Shown: positions 11,831 through 23,550 of the stretch, in pieces
Numbering within the stretch: the first letter of the stretch is position 1
Layout: each line of letters opens with the position of its first letter
Assembly (NCBI GenBank): GCA_013239625.1
Contig: MU053557.1
Coordinates: 813,063-877,062 of the forward strand
DNA from: Lama guanicoe
Taxonomy: Eukaryota
Length of the DNA stretch: 64,000 nucleotides
Direction of reading: 5' to 3'
Program-made: the position numbers and the translations under genes
The notes under the pieces: model-generated
The model's database searches: none
What the model was told of the DNA's origin: nothing
The model's input: the letters and a program-made list of their open reading frames with translations, nothing else

Positions 11831-13114
11831 TAAATATTCCACAATATATGAATGATTGTATGTGTATTCCACTTCATTTGTATAAAGATATCTATCAGAA
11901 GGGTATTAATAAGTAATTATAATAGTAAGAGACTCAACAAAATTTGTTTCGAATATGCTTATTTTACTATGGTTAAATGCCCTGTTTTGTCATAGGACTA
12001 AGACCACCCATGAAGGCAATTGTATTTCATAAAATGTTTTGCACTTGTTAAAAGGAAGGCACCAAATGGTACAAATATGCGACTGTTTTTTCCCATCAGT
12101 TACCATGGGATACCTCCCTTTAAAAATATCCTCTGTAAGGTGGATGCCCACATCTATGACAGTGAAGTCTATAAAGTAACTTGACTTTGAGGGAGTAACG
12201 GTAAATATAGACTACAGTGTGATTAGAGATGGTGGGTGTCAGAAACTGGCAGGAGAAAAAGAAATTATCTAATAGAAGAGCAAACACATCTATCTATATT
12301 GTAGCTTTTTAAAAAAGTGCTTATTGTTCTTTCTATCAAGTGTACTAGTTTGTGATGAGTTGCGATATTTTACCATCTAGGTTATCAAACTCCACTCAAC
12401 ATGTGTGATTCGAAGTATTAAAACTGAAATGGAAACACCTGTGTCACAGATCAGCCTGGACCTTATAACTAATTGTGCTTCCTAACTTCAGTTTCTCCCG
12501 CTGTTCTCCTCTTGATGGTAGATGACGGTGAGATTTTTATGGGTGCTTCTATGTCAGACTTTCAGCTGGCTGGAAAATCAGTTTGGATTCACTGAAAAGA
12601 AGAAAGGAGAAAAGAAATCCAATTCCCTTCATCTGCCTCCAGAACCTAATTCTTTGTTTTATGGAGAATAAATTATCCCAAGAAAGAATTTCAGAAAACA
12701 GGCTTTAACCCAATGTTTAAAAAATGTATATATATAACTTCAGTAATAGAGTGTATAAAACAGATAAATTGTACTTAGAATCAAAAGCTTTCCTGTTCTC
12801 ATAGCAAGCATATTGTTATGATCAGTCTTGATACTTCAGTTGAAGTGCTTAGGGTGTGGTTCAATTCCATATTGTCTAGGAGTTCTGAGGACATTTTGAG
12901 GAAGTTTAGGAGTTTTGAGGGAAGGTGAGTGTAATAGAGTGAGGCGATGAAACCATCCATTTTGACCTTATTTACGGAAGCAAAAGTATTGACAGCAGGA
13001 AGCTGTGGAGGCAGTTTGGGGGAGAGCTTGCCTCTTGGTCTGTGCATGACCGTGTTTTCTCAGTCATAATTTCTAAAGCTCTGTTATGTTGGTGACCTGC
13101 CACTAAGAGCACAT

Positions 13115-13625
13115 TGTCAATGAAAAATGTTGCCTGCCATATCAGTAAACCAAGGATGCTGCAGCCATCAAGTCGTCAGCCACTCCTGCTGCCCCTGACA
13201 GTGAGCAGAGGGAACTCAGGGTGGAGACAAGCGGGCAGCCCAGACTCTGCAGTCACCCCCATCGTGCCCCCTGAGGGAACTCAGGGTTGGAAGCACAGGA
13301 CACTGGCCCTGGGTAGCTAAGGAGCGTACATATCAAAGGAAGGATTTCAGTGAGCCCAGGCTCTTGCATCTTCCCACACATAGAAAAGCACTAAATTCAT
13401 TAACTTGAGATACCTGGTTTTCTGTTATTAACAGTAATCTTTTGACGTTCGCTCTACCTGGTCTTTGTTGCAAAAACTCCTCCGTATCCTGGCTCCTCCC
13501 CTACTTCTTTGAGCTATCTGAGAGGCTACGTCCTAGGTTTGAAGTCCTCAGAAAGTCCACTGAATAAAATGTAACTCTCAACTTCCAGGTTGTACCTTTT
13601 CTTTTTTTTTTTTTTTCATTTGGCA
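13115..13625 (+). mobile_element. ERV1 solo LTR, MER41-like
   Basis: TG...CA termini (tgtcaatgaaaaatg ... ttcatttggca); 4-bp TSD acat/acgt; AATAAA at 13563; homologous to 59984-60481 on the other strand. The MER41-like label is from remembered consensus. Confidence 0.8.
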
Positions 13626-13999
13626 ACGTATTCTAGTGATTTATTGAATTTGGAAGTTATTTGTTTTCAACTGAACCCTTCTTGCTGTGAGGTACATAAA
13701 TCTGCTTGCTTTGAAAGTTCAGTAGTTCCCCAAAGATACATCTTCTAGAATACCTTTGTGCCATTCTGCCTGCTCCTGCAGATGTAATGCTGGCTCTCTC
13801 TTCCACTGCTACCTTTTTAGGATAGTTTTGTTGGGCTTCCCTGTCTCTTTCCTGCTAGAATTCAAGAATCCTTTCCTGTGTGTCTGTGGCATCAACTATA
13901 GAGCTGTGCACACTTGCCACACTGTATTTTGAAATCATTAATTTTTGGAGTTTTCATATGCATACTTCAGTCCTTTCTACAGATAATCAGTTAACAGTT

Positions 14000-14460
14000 T
14001 CTTGGGTTTCTTTCCATAAAACGAATTTTGCATACTGCTGATGCACGTGAAACTAAATATAAACATGGATTTTTTTTAATCACATAAAAGATCATATTTT
14101 AGGCAATCTTTTTTACCCTGCTTTTTATTTACTGTATTTTGGATCTATTTCTACTGAGGCATATGGGCCTGCCTCATTCTTCTAAATAGCTGTCAAGTAA
14201 TTCTGTTTTATGGAGGTTTTATAACTTATAATTACCCAGGCTCCCAGTTATGATCACTTTGATTGTTTGCAGCTTTCTGCCTTTACAGACACTGTGAGGA
14301 AGATCCCTAGTGAACATCTGTGAGTCTGGGTTCAGGAGACGTCCCCGGCAGTGTGATTTCAGGGTCAGAAGGCACGTGCCTATTTCACATTGGTGGATGA
14401 ATTCTACAAAAAAAAAAAAAAGTGCCACATCATTTAGTCTCACACTTCATCAGCATAGCG
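14000..14460 (-). mobile_element. Ancient L1ME-like fragment
   Basis: cctcattcttctaaatagctg...ttgattgtttgcagcttt...gtgaacatc...gggtcagaaggcacgtgcctattt pattern of an old L1 3' region. Confidence 0.45.
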
Positions 14461-16719
14461 TTGTCTGTAAAAGATAGTTTACTTTTCCCTCTTCCCACCT
14501 AGAAGATGAGAAAATCGAATGTAGGATGGTACTTTTCCTCTCTTGATCCCGGAAGCACCTAGCACAGTGCCCAGTCAATATTTGCAGAAGAAGAAATGAT
14601 GAATGAAACGTTCTACTCCTATTTTAGCCTGCGATGGCACTGTCAGAGTTCTGCCAGAGGTAATACTAAAGTCACACGTTAATGTGACACCTGACAAGTC
14701 TGATAATTCATGGGAAGCTGTGGATGTGGTTGTGAATTCACCAGGCAATTACACACAGTCTCTGCATGAATCTTACTTAGAGGCCCAGGAAGAGGAAGAA
14801 AGGATAGTTCCAGGATCCGTCTGTGTCCCCTCTCTTTCGGGGTGTGCCATTCCCCGGGGCCAGCAGATGTGCTGACCAGAGACTTGAGTGTGTGGATGGC
14901 AACACCAAGGGAGGGGAGAATCCTCTCTTCTTTGACCCAGGCAGGGAGTGTGCACACCTGCCACAATAAGTGCTGAAACATCAATTTCTCCCTGTCGTTT
15001 CTCATATGCATCACATGATGCACGTGAAACAGCGTCCTGAGGGCCTAACAGAGAGACTTTAAACTCTCCAGGCTGACCAGCAAGGCCCATCATCATTTGG
15101 CCTCAAGTGTGTTTCCTGCTACTCACTCCAGGCTAGTCCTGACAGCCAGAGACCTACTGTGGGCTTTGCCAGCCTGTTTTTCAGGATCATTCTATCTAGT
15201 TTCATTTTGAAAAGACTTTTCTTCTTCCTGAGTCTTATGGCTGGGAGAGCCTGTGTTGTTGCCCCACCCCCACCTTTTTTTTTTTCATTCTTATTTTTAA
15301 AACCAGCATCTGATTACTTGTTGTGTGATTCATGGATGTCAGCCATTCTTAGTTCGGATTGGCTGCCATGCTGATTCTAACCTGCACCCAGTTCTTTAAT
15401 GAATGAACTGTAAATATGCCACCCATCTATATTCCAGCCTGGAGACTCAGAAGAGTTTTTTGAGACCTCCCGTGCTTTCCAGCCCACATTTACTTGAAAT
15501 ATTGTGTGCATCCCACAATGCGGACACCCCTGTGGGGAGGAGAGGTGAATCTTTGCAGTATTTACTTTCTTCTGACTGTTCATCAGGCTGACGCCCATTT
15601 GGCTGATCAGCCCTGACTGGCTCCGTGCAGGTGTAATGAATGTCTTAGATTACTCAGTGACTTTGAGCTTTAATTTTTATTAGCTTGGTTCCCTCAAAGA
15701 GCACCTCTGTGCCACTGTAATCTTTAGGATGCCTCCTCTCTGCAGGCTGATAGGATTTATGGCCCCAGGGTTGGAAAAGCATAAAGATGAAATGGTCCTC
15801 CTGAGAGGTTTGTCTCTTCAGGTGAGTGTTAATGCAGAAGCTGTATTTACCCACTAGATCCCCGGACCATAAAAAGTAAATCCACAGCAGAGTGCTAAAA
15901 GATGACTCTTGTTCGGAGCCATTGCAGCATCTAAAACTGACACTGCAATCAATGAAATCATTTTATTGGCTCTCTTGGGTTTTACTACAGAAAATCGCCA
16001 AGCTCTCCTATGCACCAAAACAGGAACAGATTTTGTTGGTGGCCTTGAATCAATCTGTTAGATATATTTGGAGGAATGTAGATATTAGTGAAGTTGCATA
16101 GGAATTTCCAGGTGGTGCCAAGAAATAAGCTTCTACAAATAAACAATCAATCAAATAAACAAACACACAGACATAAGTATTTGCATAGGTCTCACAAGTT
16201 GGCAAAATACTTTTGCGTATATCATATGTTCAGTCTACCAGCCCTAGGAAGGGGCAGGTGTAAGTCACAGTCATTCCATTTTAGAGACGAGGGTATTTGA
16301 AGTCCAGAGAAGTTGAATGATGTGAGGTTGAAATTTTTATGAGTGGCTTTAGTGTCTCTCCTGTGTGTTACACTCCATGGCTTCAAAACTCCCAACAAAG
16401 CTATAGTTGCTTCAATTCTAAATCCACCAAGTCCATAGAAAGAGGCTGAACATCTGGAGTGAAAAATAAAGTCACCATTTGTAAGATATTCAGCTTATGA
16501 GAACAATACAGACAATCCACAGAGATAGTTCCATCCCTTAAAAAGAAATCTACAGCTTTGTGTACCTGGGTTATAAAAACATTCTGATTCTTATAGGATT
16601 GCTCATTTATCCCTTCACTTATTCATTTAAAATTTACTTAGAGTTTCTATGCACCAGGCATTGTACTACAGTAGGTACGCAAATGAATGAATCATCCCTG
16701 CTTTTCAGAACAAAATAAC

Positions 16720-16950
16720 AATATTAAGTAATGTTCACTGATGCTGGCTCCAGATATTTCAGGCAATGTGCTAATCACTTAAACTACTTTATAACACTTA
16801 GTTCTAACAATGCCTTATATATTTTCTTATCCCTGTTTTCCAGATGAGGTAATTGGGGCTCACATCCAAAGTAAGCAGTAAGTGGCAGACCTGGACTTCA
16901 TTCAAGGGCTGATGAGATTCAGAAGCCCTCACTCTTTAGCCTCTCTGTAA
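16720..16950 (-). mobile_element. MIR SINE
   Basis: caggcaatgtgctaatcactt...ttatccctgttttccagatgaggtaattggggct...agtaagtggcagacctggacttc. Confidence 0.7.
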
Positions 16951-18144
16951 CTCTTCCTTTCCATGCTCTGCTCCATGGTTCATGATCTGGGTAAACAGAC
17001 ACAGAAAAAGAAAATGTAGCCATAAGCCGGGGGAAGTTCAGTGACAAAGTAATGAATGTACTGTTGTAGGAACACAAAGTGAGGAAAATTAGAGAGGATT
17101 TGTCTTGGTAGATAGAACTTCACTTAGATATTAAAATGGCCATAGAACTTTTCTAGGCAAAGAAAGATAAAAAGCATTCTAGGAAAAAAGGAAAACGCAG
17201 GCAAAAGCATGGAGTCACATCTCAGAGTTTCAACTTTGGATACTACACAGGGAGTATTCGTTGGTTACTGAAAGTTTGTTGAGTCCTCCTGGAATTCATG
17301 GGACTGTTTCAGTTGCTTGAGGTGTTGATTGTAATGCTGGCATGGTCCTGTCGTTCCTCTTGCTTTAAGCTAGGCGCAGTGCTCCTCAGACTTATACAGC
17401 AATCAGACCACGGAGAACGGCACCATCGCTGGACTAGCTGTTTCAGCAACACACAGCAGTATCCTGAGTTGATGAATTTCAGTGCGCTGGTCTTAATCAG
17501 CCCTCTACAACGTGATGATTGCAACTTAAACATGCAAAAAGACTCCAGGTCTTCATCTGATTCACCCAGGAGACTGTAGCACAGGTTGGAAAGCTGGGAG
17601 TATATAATTACCCAGAAGCAAGATGAAGAAGAATTGTCAGCTGTTGAACAACGTGTTACCCTCCGTAGGATGTATCCTCACAGGCGGGAGAAGGTGGAGG
17701 GTCTGTCCCTCTCTAACAGACGAAGATTCTGAGATCTTTTCATTGAAGGTAGGATGTTGCTGTCATTCATCAGTAATGATATGTCATTAGGAGCCTGAAA
17801 ATCCTGTATGATTAGAAGTCTGAGAAAGTCCTAACACCACCCTGGGAGTGCTGCCTACTCCTAAGGAGCAGTCGGAGAGCCCCAGAGCTTCCTGGAAAGA
17901 GAAGAGGAGTGCTTTGAGTGTGATCATTTGTAAAAATGCTCTGGTGTAGTTGAGCTCAACTTTTATTTTCAAGCTGAAGTTTTCCTGCCCCTGAAGTTCT
18001 ACCCAAGATGCAAGTCAGAAAGCTCCTCGATGCCTTTTAGGGCTAAAGAATAGTTCCTATACTCAGAGCATATGTAATTGTGACCTTCTGACCACTGAGA
18101 CTATCAGAAGATGCCAAGAATCCTTGGAGAAAGCTCACATATAT

Positions 18145-18270
18145 ATTTTTAAAAATTTTTTTTTGAATTGGGGGGGAGGGTAATTAGATTTATTTGTTTG
18201 TTTGTTTATTTGTTTATTTTAGAGGAGGTACTGGGGATTGAACCCAGGACCTCATTCATGCTAGGCATGT
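18145..18270 (-). mobile_element. Camelid tRNA-derived SINE (Vic-1-like), 5'-truncated
   Basis: ggaggtactggggattgaacccaggacctc (B-box, antisense); TSD gagaaagctcacatatat 18127-18144 / gagaaagctcgtctatat 18271-18288. Confidence 0.85.
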
Positions 18271-18304
18271 GAGAAAGCTCGTCTATATTAAACAAATAAA
18301 GAAG

Positions 18305-19080
18305 ACCTTTTTGGTAAAAGACAGCAGATTGAATACACAGGTTTTTTTCCCCTACTCTGATCCCTATGAAACACCCCTAAAATGACAAAAGAAGAAAAAA
18401 TGTCATAAAACAAACAGAATGGTCCAGAAGATGACACCGGATGAGAAATGTCAACACCACATTGGAAGTTAAAAAGTGGATGGGCAAGTGATAAAGGATA
18501 ACTGACCCAGTAGAGAGGAGGAAGCTGAATCTGCATGGAAGGAGAGGCAGGAAAAGGTTGAGTCTGTGACCCTGGCGAGGCCCAGGGAGACCAAGGGCTC
18601 CAGGTTGCTAGGACATCAGAAAGGAAAAGGCTGAAAACAGAGGCATCTCCTGAAAGCCTGCATAAGGGTTAGGCTACCCGATAAATCACTCACCTTTAGC
18701 AGCCAAGTAACCCACCCTCCTCAACCTGGCAGGAACAGGGAGGGTTTTCTTCAGACGCATGAACCAGAGAAGCTTTGGACTCAGTCACAGCAAACCAAGC
18801 AGAGGGCAATGCTGAAATACTGTACCAAAAATAGGGAGTTAACTTAAAATCTACTCATTGGCTTACCAGACCATCAACATCTATCCTATGCATATCTCCC
18901 AGGACTTTAAATAGCTCGGCGAGGAATTGGAGAATTCCTCTCTAGAGAAAATAATACGACCAATAAGCAGTGGGGCACATGAAAATACTAACCCTTGACA
19001 TTCCTCAGAGAAAGGGCCAGATCTCTGTTTGATCATGTTACTGTAAAGCCTGTCAGTAAATATGTCCTAATGCTGTTTAC
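18305..19080 (+). mobile_element. Ancient L1M/HAL1-like 5' region
   Basis: aaaagacagcagattgaatacaca...gaaacacccctaaaatgaca resembles old L1ME/HAL1 5' ends; purine-rich body. Confidence 0.35.
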
Positions 19081-19331
19081 CCTTTTTCCCTAACCAGTGT
19101 GATTTTTTAAAGTAATTGCCTTACATACTTGAGGACTTCCAGGATGAGGTCATTAATATTAGAACATTTCAGTAAATCTATTACATAGCTTTGGAATCAC
19201 AGGGCAACTGTGTGGAAGGAGCATCTACTTACAAGTTCCCCAGTCAAGAGCTCTTGAAAAATAATAGATATTGTCTTCTGCAATGTAGCTTTTCCTCTTG
19301 TCTTCTCTCCTGTTGTACCCTTGGTCCCTGG

Positions 19332-19820
19332 TGTTATCAGTTAGGTATTGCCACAGTAATGCTGTGAAAAAAGTCACTCCAAATCTCAATGGCTTAATAA
19401 CAGAATGTTTTATTTAGGGTAAGAGGATGCAGGTTGGCTAGATGGTTATTCTGGTATTGGCTTTCACAGCTCATTCATGTGTGATCAGCCTGAGGGCTCT
19501 GCATTTCTTGCCTGCATTCTCCCTGCAAGTCTTTTTGTGTCTGGGGTCAGATAGATGTTGGCTGGCCCCCACTGTTCAGGTTGCATTGACTGGGGGCGAC
19601 TCAGCGTGTCTCATCGTCCTGGAGCCTTGTCGGGGTGTTTTCGTGGCAAAGGCAGGGGAGCAAGAGGGAAACCAGCCTCAATGTGCACATGATTGTCACA
19701 CCTCTGTTCACATCATGTTTGCTGATGTCCCAACCCAATGGCTAAGCATGTCCCATAGCTGAGTCCAGACTGAAGGGTAGGCAAAGATTTGGGTCCATTG
19801 ATGCCGTCAGTCTGCCACAT
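19332..19820 (-). mobile_element. Old MaLR LTR (MLT1G/H/I-like)
   Basis: tgttatcagttaggtattgccacagtaatgctgtg...ccaaatctcaatggcttaa...tttgctgatgtccca. Confidence 0.6.
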
Positions 19821-20484
19821 CTGCCTCTATCTTATTTCCCCACCTCTCCTTTGTATATGGACTTCACTCTGCAATTTAGGGACTGTAGATTTTGGGGGGT
19901 TATCCTCAGTCAACAATTTACTCTTACCTTAAAGGACCTCAAGCTATATACTTTTTATCAGTTTACTTAAATAAACAATTCAACATAAAATCAGAATATA
20001 CTCACCTTAGGAAAAGACAAGCATAAAAAAGAATCCCTTAGAAGTTGAGAGGAACTAGTTTATACAACAGACTTCCTGTTCTTCTAAGTGTGGTTATGAA
20101 GGGCTTATTCAGTATGGGACTGGATTTACAAATTCTCTTTCAGAGTTGGAGTCACTTTGGAGCTTTCTCTGACCCATCTTCAAAGTCCCACCTCTCAGAC
20201 CACATTTAGGATGATGTACTGGTAGAGGAGACATCTCAGTACTTGTACTTGGTTTTGGGGCTCAGTCTGGGTGATCTTGACAAATCACTTGACTCTGCTT
20301 CCTTTTCTGAGAAAGTGTGGCGCTTACCCTTTTTAAAGAAAACTTATAGACTTAATGATTAAATGACAAACGGGTGATGATACCTAAATGTATAAAATTA
20401 TAGGTCAGTTTAAAATTTTAATAGCGTCCTTGTGGCGAAAACTATTTTATTATGGGCATTCCCTGTCACAGCATTAACAAAAAC

Positions 20485-20730
20485 AGTAATAACTTTCATT
20501 TGCTGAGTGTGTATTACGAGCCAGGCACAATGATAAGCACTTTACCTCCATAATTTTATTTAATCTTAATGGGACTACTATGGAAGTTAATACTATCCCT
20601 GTTTTATAGAAATCCGAGCTTTAGAAAGATCAAATAACTTACCCAACTTAACATGGTATTGCAGGCAGTGTAATGAAAGGAATCTGGCAGTGAGATTCCA
20701 GAACTTGTCTTCATTATTCCTCTCATTCTG
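20485..20730 (-). mobile_element. MIR SINE
   Basis: catttgctgagtg...gccaggcacaatgataagcactttac...atttaatctt...tactatccctgttttataga. Confidence 0.7.
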
Positions 20731-21019
20731 TACATTTTGGCAGTCTTGTGCAGTTGTGAACCTTCTCTATTCTCCAAAGTGTTCACCCCAGAACCAGTTC
20801 CCACGATGAAGCAGGTTGCATTAGATAGAAGCCACGATACTATTACTAATCTTTATGAAGCACTTAGTTTCTGCATCATACTGCTAAAGACTTTGCAACT
20901 GTGGTTCACACATAAAGAAAGTAAGTACCTTATACCAGCATGGATGGGGAGCTGGGGAATCACAGCATTGAGAGGAGATTGAAGGGCTGTGAAAATCACT
21001 TTTATCTGTTTGTCTGACA

Positions 21020-21490
21020 ATTGTTTATTGGATGCCCTGAACAAGAAAGGTCCAGGGGCTAGAGAAATGAGTATGGCGGGCTTGGCCCTGAAGGAGCTTA
21101 GGTTCTAGTGAAGGAGACAAACACGCGTGCGTGCGCGCGCGCACGACGAGGTTGCAGCACGGCAAGGCTAGAACCAAGACTTCTAGGATGAGACTGACTT
21201 TGGTCTGGATATGAGGGTATGAAACAAGGCTGAGTCCAGGAAGAGGTGGCAATTTAGCCAAATCATGAATGAGAAGAAACTCCTCAGAAAGAAAACCGAT
21301 AAATAAACACAAAAGTAGGAAAGGCTGTTTGATACCAGTAGACCATAGCAGGTACAGGACAGAGTCCAAGGGTGAAGGCATGATGGGAAATGAATGTTAA
21401 GAGGCAAGCAGGGTCCAGATCATGAAGGGTCATGCTGAGAAAATGGAGATGTTTCTTAGAAAATGGGAGTCATCAATTTTTAAGAACCTG
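21020..21490 (-). mobile_element. L2 LINE fragment
   Basis: tttattggatgcc...ccctgaaggagcttaggttctagtgaaggagac...gggtccagatcatgaagggtcat. Confidence 0.55.
21121..21145. repeat. Alternating purine-pyrimidine CpG-rich tract containing a 16-bp perfect palindrome
   Basis: acacgcgtgcgtgcgcgcgcgcacg; cgtgcgcgcgcgcacg (21130-21145) equals its own reverse complement. Confidence 0.9.
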
Positions 21491-22171
21491 AAAATCCATC
21501 ATTAAGTAAAAGTTGAAATGGTAAAATGCTTCAGTACCCATGTTGGGCAGGGTTTGTCCCTGTTTTCCAATAGAACGAGCGGAGGCACGGAATGGGGGTG
21601 CCACTTGTGGCCCAGTGCCATCCGTCTAGCTGAAAGGATCTTCCTCTGAGACTGCAGGGCAACCGCACCGTGACTGAATCCAGGCAGACAGGCTGTCTTG
21701 TGCACTGGCCCTTGGAAAAGCAGAGCTGCTACAAAATCTGTTTCTGAGAAGTTCTAATTGTTCCCTTTCGCTGGTGCTGGAGGAGCCAGGATGGGCACGG
21801 AGCATGCTCCTGGCCCAGCGGCTGACCTCATTTTCGGGCACCTGTAACAGCGGTATGGACAATGAGCAAAGCGGGAAGGTATGTGCCAACCTGCACCTCA
21901 GTCCACAATTATGCAGAAAGTCTGCTATTCCAAGCCTGGAACAGGCTGCGGAGGAATGAAGCAACTCGGAAACCAAGAAGGGCATCTCCATTTCCATGCT
22001 ATGAATTAGTAAGCCAGCTATCACTGTGGATTCCCCTAATGCCACATTTTGCTTCTATCAGCCTGAAAATACTTCAGAAGTCTGTTTGTCCCTGGCCCCA
22101 TGCTTTACTGGTGACCTAGAGGTCATCATTGCTATGCTTTGGTTACATCCAGGACATTAATTTAAAGCGCC

Positions 22172-22182
22172 GGGAATTTCCC
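22172..22182. promoter_or_regulatory. Consensus NF-kB motif (sequence match only)
   Basis: GGGAATTTCCC in repeat-free DNA. Confidence 0.35.
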
Positions 22183-22559
22183 ACCTTTTTAAATTAAAGA
22201 AGTTGCCAGGTTTCAACAGCAGGTACTTGGTAAGCCTAGTTCTATGATTTCTTCTAGATGAAAAAGACAAACTGTTCTACACAAGTTTCAAGGAAGAAAG
22301 TGCTTGTTCAGATGTTACGACTCCATGTTCATTCATACACTCCCTTCTTCCCTTTGAAATCTGCCTCCTGTCCCCTGATACACACTGCGCACCCACACAC
22401 AAACCCACACACACTTACACGTGTTCCTCATCTTCAGAAAACTATGTGGAAGTTTACTGTGATCTGGAGAATTCAGAGTTATCTCAAACTCAAGAAAGGT
22501 AAGAAGTCTGTGTGAGTGGGTGTCAGTATTAATATTAATACATGATGGTAGTCATTATT

Positions 22560-23210
22560 GTATATATTAACTTTAGATTTTGCTTTATTCAGTAACGTCC
22601 ATCACCATTTTCCCAAGTTTTTTTGCCATCTGCCTAATTACTACCTTAGTGACTACCACATAATATTGCATCAGTTGATGTATCATAATTCGGTTACTTG
22701 TAGTCTAATTTTGGACATTTCCATTTCAAATATTTGTGATTATAACCAAGGCTGTAATGCATTGTTTGCTGCAGAAAGACTTCTCTAGCATGAGTGTCAT
22801 AGATAGAGTGGAATTATTGGCGCAAAGTCTATAAAAACCTTTAGAGCTTCTAATACTTATTTTCATGTTGCTTTCTAAAACAAGTAGAGCAAACTTTTTT
22901 ATGTCACTACGAGTGTGAACATAGCAATTTCGCTAGAATTTTCTCAGTAGTATGCTATGATTTTAAGGTGTTTTTTTTTGGTTGTTTTATTAACATCCTA
23001 GATATAAAATGCCTGTAAAATACAGCAGCTGCCTTAATTTGAAATTTCATGATTAGTAGGAAGCATGAACATTTTCCCCCAGCACTTACTTAATATTTAT
23101 AATTTCTTTTATGAACACTTTTTTTGTGTGTCTTTTATATACTTGGTATCTGTAGAGTTTTTTTCATGAAGTTTGTAACTACTTACATGCCATATGAGAC
23201 ATTTGTAGAT
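22560..23210 (-). mobile_element. Ancient L1ME-like fragment
   Basis: ttggacatttcc...atagagtggaattattggcgcaaag...ttgctttcta...ttaatttgaaatttcatgattagtagg..catgaacattttc. Confidence 0.5.
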
Positions 23211-23324
23211 ATTAAGAATTTGCTTCCTAGACATGTCCATCCCCCAGATCTTAGCAAGACTCATTCCTTATCATCATTCAGCTCTGCCCCAGTGCCAGCT
23301 TCTTAGAGAGCAGTCCTGACCTCC

Positions 23325-23550
23325 TTGTGTAAAGTTAAGGCAGAAGGCTGGGTGAGGACAGAAGCTCTATAGCCAGACTGTCTTGGTCCAGATCTTGGCT
23401 CTGTCACTTGCTCTGTGGGTTTGGGTGACATGTGAAATGGGGGTAATAATATTATCCACTTTATGGGACTGTTATGAGGATTAAAAGGATTGGTATAGGC
23501 AACCATGCTTGGGCAAAAGCAAGAACTATATATAAATGTAGTTATTATTG
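23325..23550 (+). mobile_element. MIR SINE
   Basis: agccagactgtcttggtccagatcttggctctgtcacttgct...tgtgaaatgggggtaataat...ctgttatgaggattaaa. Confidence 0.75.

Noticed and set aside
21091..21115. aaggagcttaggttctag resembling miR-28/miR-708 family sequence
   Set aside because: This is ordinary L2 3' sequence; no opposing L2 arm nearby to form a hairpin.
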